Shown here in pieces: positions 24,812-38,384 of a stretch of DNA of 63,971 bases. The stretch is from Octopus bimaculoides (Eukaryota). The DNA lies in the NCBI RefSeq assembly GCF_001194135.2, contig NC_068987.1, positions 92,012,315 to 92,076,285 of the forward strand, read 5' to 3'. A program made the translations under genes and the position numbers. A model generated the notes under the pieces. It was not told where the DNA came from, did not search any database, and was given only the letters and a program-made list of their open reading frames with translations. Every line of letters begins with the position of its first letter. The stretch's first letter is position 1.

Positions 24812-25681
24812 CACACACACACAGAGGCCCTGGCAACGATGTACTTCCCCACTCACGCTCCTCCAAAAGACTTCACATGAGTAAAATGCCATCTATATGC
24901 AAATGTAAATATATTAATTCTGACACACACTTTCATACTCAAACACACTGTGTGTTCATGTATATGCATGTGTGTGTTTATGTATTTATAGACATGTTCG
25001 CATACGTATGTGTATGTGTGTTTATAAGTGTGTACCATATATTTCTGCTATACAGACGTATATCAATGTTTTATGTATGTGTATATGTATACATTAGGCT
25101 AACCTTTGAAACCTCGGATCTGAAATATAATAGAAAATATCTAGTTTCCGAGATAAAAAGAACACACGCCTGCTAGCACTCACTGCTTGATTGGATCACG
25201 AAAGTTGTGCCTGAATGACAATAACGCAAGTAGGTGCAGGTCGCATGATCTTGTTGCAGATAGGAAGTCCGATGGATCCTCTTAAGTAGATCATTGTACG
25301 TTTGCAGCTGTCAAGACGAGAAACACTCGACCCAGCGTTGAATTAGTCCCGCTGACAGGATCGACATCTATTTTAAATGGCTCGGTTAATCAGCATTGGT
25401 GATGGGACGACGCCTGTTAGTGTAGAAGTTCGTGTGACTGCTTAGATGTGCGTACAGTTATGAGTGTATATCTATGCGAGTTTGTCTGGGCGTGTGCGAG
25501 TTTGTGTGTGTGTGTGTGTGTGTATNNNNNNNNNNNNNNNNNNNNNNNNNNNNNNNNNNNNNNNNNNNNNNNNNNNNNNNNNNNNNNNNNNNNNNNNNNN
25601 NNNNNNNNNNNNNNNNNNNNNNNNNNNNNNNNNNNNNNNNNNNNNNNNNNNNNNNNNNNNNNNNNNNNNNNNNNNNNNNNN

Positions 25682-25728
<47 letters not shown>

Positions 25729-26599
25729 TTTAGAAATATCAGGGTAAGGAATCTGAGAACAGGATCAGGAATGAGGGATGAGATGTTAATATAACATTTG
25801 AGAACAATACAAAAAAAACCGGGAATAAAAAGTGGAAAGGGTAGGAGATTAAAATGTGAGAAATATATAAAGAGAAAGCTAGAGAGAAAGAGTGAGAGAG
25901 GGAGAGGGAGAGAGAGGTGGTATGGAGAGAGATGGTGGTAGAGGGAGGGACAGAGTGAGTGACTGCTTAAATACTTTTATTGAGAAAAATAAACGCTGAG
26001 TAGAAAGGAAGGGATTTTGAAAATAAGTGACTGTCGAAATAGGCTGGAAATGACAAATAATTAAGGGATGGAACTATAGTTAAGGGGATAGTTTAGGGGA
26101 CGGGAAGTTAAATAAGCATAGACAGTGTGAGAAGAAGAGTCTAATTGGTTGAGAAGGAATAGAAGAAAACGCTGAAGAATATGAAAAGTAAATGAAAGTT
26201 GATCACATGAACAATAGTGGTGACTCGCATACGCACACACGCACATACATGAATACTTGCACCCATTCACACATACATCAGACATATGTGTGTATGTATA
26301 ATATATATGTGTGTGTGTGTGTGTGTGCGTTTCAGCGTGTGTATGTGTGTGTGTCTGTGAATGTTTGCGTGTTTCCGAATGTCCATGTCGCAGCAGTACC
26401 CGTGGTAAGGTATATTTAAATATCAAGAACTGAATAACAGATTGGGAAGCAAGAAAAGAAGCGAAAAAAGAAGACAGAGCTTTAAATCATTACAGAATTC
26501 CGTAAATTTAGCATCCTCAAACAAAACTGCATCTGGAGATTGTGAAGAATGCAGATTTTCGTTTCTCTTCGATTTGTTTTTAAAGTGTCTTCGTTTTAA

Positions 26600-26800
26600 C
26601 CCTCTCAGTGGCTGTGTGGTAAGAAACTTGCTTTCCAGTCACATGGTTCCGAGTTCAGCACCACTGCATGACGATAGAATATGTACTAAGCTTTGAAATA
26701 TTTAAGTACTGGGGTCGATTCATTTGACTACAAACACTTGAAGGTCGTGCCCCAGCATGGACGCAGTCTAATGATTGAAACAAATACAGAATAAAAAAAA
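26600..26800 (+). mobile_element. SINE family 2, internally deleted (head joined to tail)
   Basis: GTGTGGTAAGAAACTTGC...GAGTTCAGCACCACTGC is joined directly to the ATAGAATATGTACT...GTGCCCCAGCATGG tail. Confidence 0.65.
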
Positions 26801-27309
26801 AGATATTTCATATGTAGTATGCAATCGATATAAACTTTTACTTCTGAAATGCAACTGTCGACGAATCGCTTTGCTCGAAAGATTATTCTTAGTATAATCT
26901 AAATCTAAGTCTAATTACTGCAAAAAGAAAGAAAAAAAAATCTTGTCGTTCAATGTTGGGTATTATTTTCAATGTTTATTTCGATATTTTTACGTATGAA
27001 TGTTTAGCGCTTTGCACAACGTATTCTGTCGCTTTGCATAACAGATAATTAAAGCATTAAATCGTGACAGAGTTCTGTTAAATTAGTGGTAAACACACAC
27101 ACACACACATCGTCTACGTGGATCGATATTTTGAAAGGAATTTGCTCTCCTGGTGGTTCTTGATAACACTATCAAGTGATTAGATTAGATTTCTTTGACG
27201 GGAACTAGAATAGTCCTGAATAAATAATCGTATTAACTTCAACAAGTGTTTCGCTCATTCATCCTTCTCTTTTATATACATTTCATGAGATTAGGTCTTC
27301 TCAATATAA

Positions 27310-27750
27310 CTGTGGGATAAAGAATCGTGGGCTGGCAGAATCATTTTGTCCGTCTTTTGAGGTCAGTAAAAATAAGTCCCAGTTGGTCATTGAGGTCGCT
27401 GTAATCGACTTACCTACTCCCTCAGAGCTGCTGCCCTTGTGCTAAAATTGGAAACCAAGGTAACTGTGTAGCGCATACTTATAGAATGACTATTGATTGT
27501 TATTTTAATTGATGATTGGAAGGTTGGTAGAATTATACGAACGTCTGACAAATTGCACTGCGTTATATTTTCTAGCTTTTTACGTTCTGAGTTCAAACAC
27601 CACCGAAGTCAGTTTTGTGGGTTATCCTTCTTGGATCAATAAAATAAATTACAATCATAAAAAAATATGTACTGTCAATTGTTGTGAGTGAATATATCGA
27701 CTAATTACCACCCCTCAAAATTGTTAGAATTGTGCCTATAGAAGAAATTG
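27310..27750 (+). mobile_element. Two degraded family-1 SINE copies
   Basis: GGGCTGGCAGAATC...GAGGTC...TAATCGACTT at 27310-27460, and TACGTTCTGAGTTCAAACACCACCGAAGTC at about 27580-27610. Confidence 0.5.
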
Positions 27751-27834
27751 TTCAGTTACGTAGGGATCACTCACTGGGTACTTTGACGCCTTCGACATGT
27801 AATGTATTATGCTTTAGTTTTGTATGTTCCATTG

Positions 27835-28070
27835 TAGTGGTTCCCAATTTGTGGTCCGCGGGCCCCTGGTGGTCCGCAAAGGTAGTACTGGGGGTCCGTG
27901 AACTAAATTCAAAATTTCACATATACACTTGCGGTACCCCAGCACGACCATAGCCTCAGGGCTGAAACATATAAAAGAATAAAAGAATATATACATTAGA
28001 ATCAGCATATTAAAAGTGGTCCGTGGGAAAACTCATTTAAATAACAGGGGTCCCTGGTAGTGAAAAGGTT
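27835..28070 (+). mobile_element. hAT/Charlie-like MITE remnant
   Basis: Starts TAGTGGTTCCCAA...GTGGTCCGCGGGCCCC, has repeated GGTCCG subterminal motifs and ends AAAAGGTT; right TIR incomplete. Confidence 0.55.
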
Positions 28071-28309
28071 CTATTGTAATGCTATTATTCCAAAAATAGA
28101 ATTTTTACAAGTCTTCCTTAAAGGGATCGCCCTCAAATTTCTATTATTTTAGGGTTTGTTGTGGCTTTTCACTTGCTGACAAATATTTGCAGATTGAGTT
28201 TTCGTTTAAAATCTCTCTTGAGTTCAATATCATTACTAACATTGTTATGAATATTGCTGTTCTAGTGGTAGTCGTAGAAATAGCAGTAGTAGTGGTTATT
28301 GTTGTTGTT

Positions 28310-28445
28310 GCTCTTCTTCTTCTTCTTCTTCTTCTTCTTCTTCTTCTTCTTCTTCTTCTTCTTCTTCTTCTTCTTCTTCTTCTTCTTCTTCTTCTTCTTC
28401 TTCTTCTTCTTCTTCTTCTTCTTCTTCTTCTTCTTCTTCTTCTTC
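28310..28445. repeat. (CTT)n microsatellite abutting a Dong-type fragment
   Basis: About 45 near-perfect CTT units. Confidence 0.95.
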
Positions 28446-28885
28446 GGTGTCAGCACAGGACATCCCGAGACGAGATGGTCTATTGTTTTGTTTCATCATT
28501 TATCGCAGAATCTGCATTCATGGTCAGAACCGTTTTGAAGAACGTTAGCTTGATAGTTTTTTCGTAAGTAAGCTTTGATCTTGTGCCGCCAATATGAAAC
28601 TTTCAGTCTCTGCTTTTAGTCCTGAGCTTCTCAACCACTGATGGGCTGTTGCGTGGCCTACATCAGCATTTCGTCTTCGAAGTATATATACTGTTGATGC
28701 AGAGGCTTCTGGCTCCACCGGCCTTCAATTTGTTTCTGCCAGTTCTGTTTTGCAGCCTGTTTGAACCGTTTTGCTTTTTTCGTAGCAGTTGTTTTATGTT
28801 CTTCATCTAATTCAGGATTAATGCCAAGTTCCCTTGCGAATTTGCAAGCTTCTTTGACAGTGGAATGTGCTTTTTTGCTGGACGG
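28446..28885 (-). mobile_element. R4/Dong-type fragment (pre-zinc-knuckle and CCHC region)
   Basis: Minus strand: QKPLHQQY, HQWLRSSGLKAETESFILAAQDQSL, ECRFCDK...TIDHLVSGCPVL. Confidence 0.85.
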
Positions 28886-29040
28886 CCAGAATGACCAGGA
28901 GCATATTAGGCAGTTGAAAAGAAAAGTTGGCGTGGAACAGTTGGCTGCAGGCAGCGAGTCCGCTCCGCATGTAAGACTCCAGGACTTCCAACAAAACCAG
29001 AGGTAAAAGAAAAACTATAATAATAATAATAAAGATGATG

Positions 29041-29090
<50 letters not shown>

Positions 29091-29298
29091 NNNNNNNNNN
29101 NNNNNNNNNNNNNNNNNNNNNNNNNNNNNNNNNNNNNNNNNNNNNNNNNNNNNNNNNNNNNNNNNNNNNNNNNNNNNNNNNNNNNNNNNNNNNNNNNNNN
29201 NNNNNNNNNNNNNNNNNNNNNNNNNNNNNNNNNNNNNNNNNNNNNNNNNNNNNNNNNNNNNNNNNNNNNNNNNNNNNNNNNNNNNNNNNNNNNNNNNN

Positions 29299-29551
29299 AG
29301 TTCAAAAGATAGTGCTCATGGGAACTGCCCATATCCTACGTAAAATACTGTCTATGTGATCTCAAATTTTAAAGCAAACACATAATTTTCTTATGGTTTC
29401 TTAAACATTCACTTGAACAAAACTGTACAAATCCAAATATATGGTACCCTAGGCATAACACCTACATGAACTTCTAACTTGTTGTCTCTTGAGGTCTCTG
29501 GGTGAGACTTGGATCCAACTTGTACAAATGCAAAACAAAAGTCAAACATAA

Positions 29552-29608
<57 letters not shown>
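29299..29608 (+). mobile_element. R4/Dong-type 3' end with (TAA)n tail
   Basis: QKIVLMGTAHILRKILSM*, about 190 bp of UTR, then a TAA tail at 29551-29608. (TAA)n also lies upstream of the gap. Confidence 0.8.
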
Positions 29609-29609
<1 letters not shown>

Positions 29610-30984
29610 TACCTTAAATTATAAGATGTCCGAAACTTATTTTGTTTACCAACATTTTCTGTGAGACATGTCTCAGAAAAGATGCGATCTAAGGCACCGT
29701 AATTGTTTATTTCTGAGTCATAACTGTGCAATCACAAAGTTAGAGATGTTGGAAAATGAGTTGTCAAATACTGACTTATATTGTATGCATGCATGCTCGT
29801 ATGTATGTATATTTGTATGTATGCATTTATGTGGGTATGTATATATGTATGTATGCGTGTACACAAAAGTATGCACACATACTCCATATTTCCCAACTCC
29901 ACCGTTAATATGGTAGATGCAAAAATGAAAAATGATCTTTATCAAAAAGAAAAGTGTTTATTATAAAAGTGTGAAAGAAAATGTCTATTCTTGAAATTTC
30001 TTCTCAAAAAAAAAAACTAAAGATCAAATAAACTCGACATTTTCAAGATTTGAACTCTTAAGTAAAACATTCGGAAGAAATATTGTTAGTCATATTAGAC
30101 CGACATTGAAACACTACTGCCACTAGATAATATAATCCTTAAAATATAGAGTGATCAGAGAAGAAATCCTTTCGGACGTCGATTGCTTAAGCATTGCTGA
30201 ACTGGAATTGAAGAATCAACAACTGTCATTATAAAAACGGTGGGGCTATTTATCTGTCTTTCTCATTAAACACAGAGTTCAAATCATTTCCACTAAACCA
30301 CCGAGGTTTTGTGCAATAAGAAACGAGATAAAGACACGACTTCCGTTAGCTGCAAATATAGCAGTTCACATACAACCACTATTTCGTGAAATGTTTCCTG
30401 ACTGACACTGAAACGTTATTGATGTTGTTTTAATTTTAGATCCCGAAAGGAAAGAAATCGGATATAATTTTCTCGTATCTTCGGATATTGAAGATCTTCT
30501 GTTATTTAATTTTGGTGTGTTTCTGAGAATAAGAATGAAATGAACCACAAAGCAATATGTTAATGAAGTCAAAGTGATTTCCTTGAAATTTCTTCCTCTT
30601 GTCATAGGACAACTCTCTGCTATATTGCCAAGAAGTTCACATCGCAAGTAAGACATTCAGCTTTCGATCCTGCCTTCGGCATATTGCTCCTAGACTCCTG
30701 TTTTTTTTTCTCTCGCTGTTACAATTATATTATTAGGCAAATTCTTCGAGTGGAAACTATGCAGACAACCGTTTTAAATATATATATATATCCTTAAAAT
30801 ATAGAGTGATCAGAGAAGAAATCTATTCGGACGTCGATTGCTTAAGCAATGCTGAACTGGAATTGAAATATGATAAAATTTGAAATTTTAAAAATCTTAT
30901 ATTTATTTTATAAACAATTAATACAATATTACATAAGCATTTTATAAGAATTTTATAAGCATGTTATAATGTTTCTTTTTTTTT

Positions 30985-31067
30985 CTGGGAACTCGCCGCG
31001 TACCGGCAGCTGATGGCTCATTGACTGGCACGGGTCCACGAACCACAACTTTGAGCTGCACTGGTCT
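30985..31067 (+). mobile_element. hAT MITE 3' end remnant
   Basis: GGTCCACGAACCACAACTTTGAGCTGCACTG resembles the right end of Charlie-like MITEs. Confidence 0.35.
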
Positions 31068-32414
31068 AGGTTACATATGTATTGGGTGAGAAACCGTGGT
31101 AAAATCAGTGTGAGATAGATAGCCAGAATGCTAGATAGACAGACAGATGTTTTGAGCGGTAGTGAATATTTTTAATGGACATGTTTAGAATTATATGCGC
31201 GTATCTGTGTACATACATATACATATACTTAAACACATACATACATAGGAAGAGAGCGGTGGGAATTGAAAACGGAATCGAAATTTACGCTAGAGACTAA
31301 CAGATTCCACAATGATTATTAAATTGATCGGTCTTTGACCACGTTCTTTTGCATACGTCTACGAATGAAATGAGAATTAAAGAAACTACACTTGCTGTAA
31401 TTACATCAGAATATAATGAAAATTAACGTAAGGTAAAATGAATAATATGAAAACCACCGCCAAAAAACAATGAATTGAAGCAACGGAAGAAATATTAGGA
31501 CGGAAGTATTGCAAAATTCAGTTTGGTCGTTGAAATGAGAGAAAACATAATTATTTACTGGAGTTAAATGGAAGATCAGCCTAAATATGAAGTGACTCGA
31601 CTTGTTACAAAATATATAGTCGTACAATTATAAAGAGATTACAATGTTTTAATACTTATTCGGATATGAAACTAGTGCCAAATATTTAATAGTCTGAAAT
31701 ATCTTTGTTAACAAATGGCAATTATTCCTGAGAATTTGCTAATGGTACTTTGGAGAGAATATATTCGGCAGCTGTCATACTTGTGCAAAGTTTACAAAGC
31801 ATTTTCTTTTCGTTGTATGATTTACTTACAATAAAATATTTCAACTTAGTTTTCATATACTAGATATACATAAAAAGTGCAGCGTCACTTTCCTGTCTTG
31901 TTTCGAAATCTATGATTCGAATCTTAAGCATACACCACTCGAAACATAAATTAAATGCATTCAATTTAAATTCAATGGATTTATTATATTTTTTATCAGG
32001 CAGGAAGTCCAAGCCTATGATGCTTCACAGGATCTCCGATATTTGTGGAAACGAGGGAGCAAGCTATGCTCCAATATAAGATCTGAAACGATTGCTTCTA
32101 TAGGAGTGAACTCCAAGGCAAACAATGTCTCAGGCGGAAGCGTTAATCAGGGCAACGTATTAAATCTGTTATATAGCAATTAACAACATTCACCGACTTG
32201 AAATGGTTGAATACCATGTTTTACATTAAAATATCCTGTTATCTAGTAACTGTATATGGTGAGGCGGATTTATGAAATCCTAAATAGTTTATGTTACGGA
32301 AACCATAATATTAAGAAAAAGTTAATGACAACGGGTGTATTCACTGCAGATATTATCCATACTAGAAAATGGTTTCAGTTTATTAATCATAATATTTGGG
32401 CAAAATGTTGACAC

Positions 32415-32484
<70 letters not shown>

Positions 32485-34808
32485 AGTGACTACCTGCATG
32501 GCCTGCCACGACTCACAGCGGAGTATTGTGAAAGACACATCACAGCCGCGGACATACGGGATGCGATGACAGGCTGCACAATAGACAAGTCACTAGGCTT
32601 GGATGGTCTGCCCTACGAACTTTAGTGTCATATGCCAGACTTGTGTGGAGGCGTCTTGGCAGCTGTCTACTGCCACTTGCAAAACGGGAGTATCCCCGTC
32701 TTTGTAAAACGAGGAGTGGTGGCACTGCTAAAGAAAGACCCAAACAAGGAGAACGTCATAGATAACTTCAGGCCCATCACTCTGCTCAACGCAGATTTGA
32801 AAATTTTGGCCAAGGTGTTAGCCGAGAGGTTGGCGCTTGTCATCGAAAAACTAGTCGACAAGGCGCAAAGGTGCGCCGTGCCAGGTAGGAGTATCCATGA
32901 CAACCTCCATCTGATGAGGTACATCATAGACAGGGTAATTAAGGAATCTGGCATGGGAGGGGCGCTGATCAATTTGGGTCAATCAAAAGCTTTCGATAGG
33001 GTAGACCATCACTACTTGGAGGCCGTAAGTAGAGCGGCTGGTTTCGGTCCAATCTTCCGCGGCTGGATCGCTGCCTTATACAGCGGCATCCGTTCGGTAC
33101 TTCGCTTAAATGGTCATCTACCCAGACCATTTAACATCATGCGTTCGGTTCGTGAAGGATGCCCCCTCTCGTCGCTTCTGTATGTATTGACTCTTGAGCC
33201 ACTACTGCGAAAGCTGGCGACGCTGAGGGGTATCCCACTAGACCTGGAATGCGGAAGGGGCGAGTCTGCATACGCGAACGACGTCATCGTAATAGTATCG
33301 AGCCACAAGCACATCGAGCTGCTCGGAGAGACACTAAAACAATACGAAGTGGTAACGGGAGCAAAAATTAACCGGGAAATGTCAGTGGGCTTGCGGTTCG
33401 GCACCTGGAGAAGCAAGCCCATGACGTCCAACAGCGTCTCCATCGTGGGAAGCTGGACCGACGGACCGGTTAAATTGCTCGGAGTATGGTTCGGTCCGGA
33501 CCTCCAAATGGAGAAGAACTGGGGCGAAATAACGACTAGGTTGGCTACTCTCACCCAGCAGTGGGTCGAGAGGAAGCTATCCCTAAAAAGTCGGGTGGAG
33601 GTGGTGAACGTGTACATCGCATTCGTCATCGATTACCGTCTGTCCATCGTGCCTTGTCCCGACCCTACCACCACCAAACCGGAAGGCATACTCTTGCACT
33701 TCTTGTGGAAGGGAAGCGTTCCGATGGTTAGGCGATCCATTTGCTGTCAATATCCGCTAAATGGCTGGCTAGGCATACTGTGGTTAATGATGCGCAGACA
33801 TGCACTGAGACTGCGACACCTCTTGCGCTTCACAGACGACGGTAAACAGGTCTGGTCGCCTTTTGTGCGTAGCGCTTTCCTCAATTCGTCTCCTTGGCCG
33901 AACTGCAGTCGTAGATCAAACAGAGACCGAGGCTAGGCGAATGGCACCACGAGTGTCACGTTCCTCTCAAGTAACTCTACCGTCCGGGACCAAACACCTG
34001 GCCCGTCTGTTCAGTACTTTCGTGTCGGGGCCTATGGACAATCACCAAAGATCCCTGGCCTGGCAGTGCTATCGACAAGCATTACCTGTTCGAGATAAGC
34101 TCTACAGGCACGGTTCGAGACACACCGGACCGACTTTCGCCAGATGCGGTCAGAGCGACGAAACCGTTCTGCACGCACTCGTGCAGTATCCAACCATTTC
34201 GGACCTGTGGGCTTATGCCGAACGGCTGCTGTCAAGTGTGGGACGAGTCCGCCTGTCGGCTGAGTCTATCGTGACAGTTGCTTCGCTACCTTCCCTCAAC
34301 TGGGAAGGCAAGGCAGTCTTTATCGTACTGGTGGCCATGGTGAAAGAATGTGTGTGGCGGACTCGAGCGAAAGATTAGAGACAAACACTTACCTCTCTGG
34401 CCAATCGCTCGTCATCTTTTTCAAGTACCACTTGAAAAGGAAGGTGAGAATGGAGAGGCAAGTTTTGTCTCGTGGAAGTTACAAAACAAAAGGTGGGTGA
34501 ATGTAGGAATGGTGGTTCGTGCGAGTGACGAAACCACTTTGAGCATGATCCTGTAAATCGAAAAAAGTGAGGGAGAGAGCACTTTGCTCTCATGTGTTTA
34601 TTCCCTCCCTATCTGAGGTTACTGCGGTCTTTTCCGTAGGCTTTTCTTTCTACGGATAAACCTAATCTTGCTTTTAATATTTAAAAGATTCTTCTGTGAT
34701 ACACGATCTCTTTTGATCGGAACTTTACTTTGTTTTTCATTTTCGAAAAGAAAAGCTCCACATTTGTATTGGTCCCCTGTGTTCACCCCTGTGTGGCCAG
34801 CAAACAAA

Positions 34809-34810
<2 letters not shown>
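32485..34810 (+). mobile_element. Tx1/L1-clade non-LTR retrotransposon, 5'-truncated
   Basis: ORF 32632-33936: NFRPITLLNADLKILAK, SKAFDRVDH, REGCPLS.LLY, YAND (catalytic YADD mutated), KLLGVWF. Degenerate zinc knuckle at about 34130-34190; 3' UTR ends at (TC)n. Confidence 0.9.
32632..33936 (+). pseudogene. Tx1-like ORF2 reverse transcriptase fragment, catalytically dead
   Basis: 434-aa open segment, with a stop immediately upstream and a frameshift downstream; YADD is changed to YAND. Confidence 0.85.
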
Positions 34811-34907
<97 letters not shown>

Positions 34908-35052
34908 CTCTATATATATATGTCAATCTATCTATCTACAGAATGAGAATACATATGAAGCCCTTAAATGTACGTGCGTATATGTGTGTGTATATAAACA
35001 TATACATATATATGAATATGTATTAGAATATGCATACATACATACAGACATC

Positions 35053-35106
<54 letters not shown>

Positions 35107-35459
35107 TGTGCGCGCGCTCGCTCGCGTTAAGTGCCAACTGAAGCAAGTACCTTATTATAATAGTTAAAGCTGTCTATTTTGTGCGAGCGATAACGAATTC
35201 AATTAAACACGACTACATTTACAATATCTATAGTTCTAATGAGTCACATGAAAATAGCAAAGGCAATATATATTGAAACATAGTTCTGTTCTCTCTACCA
35301 ATAACAATGTATACAAATATATATTTGTCTTCTCTCTCGCGAATGATGTGTTTCAAGCTCTGATGTGGAGAGTTTGGCGATCTTTGTAGAAGTTATATTT
35401 TTGTCTCATTATTTACTCTCGAGAACAATGTTATTGATGGAACTATTGTTTCTTATACT

Positions 35460-35626
35460 ACCAATACAAGAACAGCAACCGCAACTACTACTACTACTAC
35501 TACTACTGCTACTACTACTACTACTATAACCATCAACATTTCTACTGACGCCGTTGCCGCTACTAACGCCACAACTACTAAAACCATTACAGTTGCCACC
35601 ACCACTACTACCACAACCACAACTTT

Positions 35627-35696
<70 letters not shown>

Positions 35697-35933
35697 TCTT
35701 CTTCTTCTTTTATTCTACATTTCAACTGGCTAAAATTTTAAGAGTATTCACTCACTTTTTCCGCCTGGTTTTCAATTTCATACACTTTCGCACGACCACT
35801 ACATTCTTCTTCTTCTTCTTCTTCTTCTTCTTCTTCTTCTTCTTCTTCTTCTTCTTCTTCTTCTCCGCCTTCCCCCCTCCTCCTCCTCCTCCTCCTCCTT
35901 TTCTTCTTGTTCTTGTTCTTGTTCTTCTTGTTC

Positions 35934-35977
<44 letters not shown>

Positions 35978-36118
35978 CTTCTTCTTCTTCTTCTTCTTCT
36001 TCTTCTTCTTCTTCTTCTTCTTCTTTAATTTGGTGCCCCAGTACGGCCGCAGTCCAATGACTGTAACCTTCTGCCATCTCTTCATCATCATAATGAACAT
36101 CTTCATCAGTAACATCAA

Positions 36119-36157
<39 letters not shown>

Positions 36158-36500
36158 TATCATCGAAAGCATCAGCACAATCGCTATCGACATCAGACCT
36201 TCGGTCATCAGACTTTCTGTATACTTTGGTCCTCGAAGAAATTTTGCAAAACGCATTTGACGATGATGATGATGATCTTGATGGTGATGATGATGATGAC
36301 GATGATGACGATACTAAAATTTCTGTCATCATCTTTTCCTCTTGCTTCAATCTTTAGTCCTCAATGATATTTTTTGAAAACGCATTTGACGATGATGACA
36401 TCGAGTAAAGGTTGTGATGACGATGATGACGATGCTGATGACGATGATGACCTTGATGACAATGATGATGATGATGACCTTGAAGATGACACTGCTTGTG
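35460..36500. repeat. Compound trinucleotide low-complexity block (ACT, CTT, CCT, GTT, CAT, GAT runs)
   Basis: Consecutive homogeneous runs of different triplets; source of the spurious poly-E/Q/K/D ORFs. Confidence 0.95.
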
Positions 36501-36867
36501 CTGCTACTATTGATGAAGTGTATGATGATAACCGCGGCTCTTCAAGGTAAGAAATTTTAAAATTGTAGTCATCGTTACAATGGCACTATCAACGGCAGTA
36601 GCAACGACAACAACAACAACAACAACATTAAGATAAGCAGCAGCAACAACAACAACACAGAAATAACAGTAAAAGAAAGATTGGAAGATGGAACAACAAG
36701 AGAATAATGACAAAGTGGAGTGATATAAGAGGACGAGGGCAAGGAAGAAACGCTGAGTGAGTGACTGAGTTAATTGGCGCCTGTGAGGTAACTCACTTCT
36801 AAACTGAAGAGCTATCGGTTGTGCTTGGCATATCGCCATCTCATGGTCGTTCTATATGACTGCCTGC

Positions 36868-36895
36868 TGTCCATTTATTTCTTCCTTTCTTTCCT

Positions 36896-36977
<82 letters not shown>

Positions 36978-37115
36978 TTTCTTTCTTTCTATCTTTCTTT
37001 CTTTCCTTCCTTCTTTCTTTCTTTCTTTCTTCCTTTCTTTCTTTCTATCTTTCTTTCTTTCTTTCCTTCCTTCTTTCTTTCTTTCTTTCTTCTTTTATTT
37101 CTTTCTTTCTTTCTC
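36868..37115. repeat. (TTTC)n tetranucleotide array
   Basis: About 250 bp of TTTC/TTCC units. Confidence 0.95.
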
Positions 37116-37478
37116 CCAACACATGCACATACACACTCAGATACACCCAAAAAAGAGACACACAGACAGACAGACACACACACACATACATACATATATA
37201 TCCATACACACGGACACAAACACATATGTATACATTTAGAGAGGAAGTGAGAGGGGGCAAATAGAGACCAGGAGAACCGTTAGCATCAACAGCATCCCCT
37301 TCGACGACGCCACCGTTATCACCGCCACCGTCTTCGAAAACATTTTTGTCAAACTCAAAAACAGACCCGAAAAAAGAAATGCTGTTGTTGTTGATCAAAA
37401 ATTATGATGATGATGATATTGGAGATGTGGTTATTGACATCTATCAATCTATCTCTCTCCCTATCTATCTATTTATAA

Positions 37479-37544
<66 letters not shown>

Positions 37545-38234
37545 AAATCTATCTATCTATCTATCTATCCATCTATCTATCTATCTGTCTGTCTGTCTGT
37601 CTATCTGTTTTCGTGCAAGTATTTGCCACAACATTCTAGCTGAACACCGTATCATAATATTATTTGAGAGGGGGTGGGGTGGTACTTTTGCATGTATTAT
37701 ATTTTTTTACTTGTTATTTTCTATAGCCTTTAGTTTTCATTATCTATTGTTTTCTTTGTTGATAGTTTTGTTTGTGATGGTAGTTTTGGCGGCAGTGTCT
37801 AAGGGGTTTTGATAAGGTGACATTGTCAATAGATTTTTAGACTCTAGTGCTGAGTGTCACGCCACAGGCAATTTGTCCTCCATGCTGAAATAGCTTCGAC
37901 AACAAATACTATTCAAGTGTATAGGTGACAGATGAAGAAAAACGGCACATAAGAAAACGATCAGAAAATAGAGAAATAGAGAAAAAATACAAAAGGAGAA
38001 AAAGAAAGAGAATTGTGTCAGTGGAAATCAAGCTGCCTAAACAAAAGATAAAAAATAACAATGAGGAAAAAAAAGAACAGAATTCTGATAGAAAACAACC
38101 AAACAAACATGTTGAAAAATAAATTTCTGTTTGTAAAATGACTAGAAATTTCACTGTAGAAATATAGAGAATATAAATGAATTGGGACTTGGAAAACAAT
38201 GACAAAGACTAAAACATTAATCTAGTGCCAGATG

Positions 38235-38384
38235 CATGATGTACGTACGTACAACTCCATCTGTTTCCGTTCTGTATTGGAGCGTAGGCTCGAAACGTCA
38301 AACGTCTTCCATTTCTCTTGAGCTTCAAACTAATACACGTTATTTGTTGTTCCATCACCTGACGTTGCCTTTGTTTGTTTTTGC

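Noticed and set aside
35738-36350. Poly-E/Q/K/D ORFs
   Set aside because: Translation of compound triplet repeats, with no unique coding sequence or consistent splice structure.
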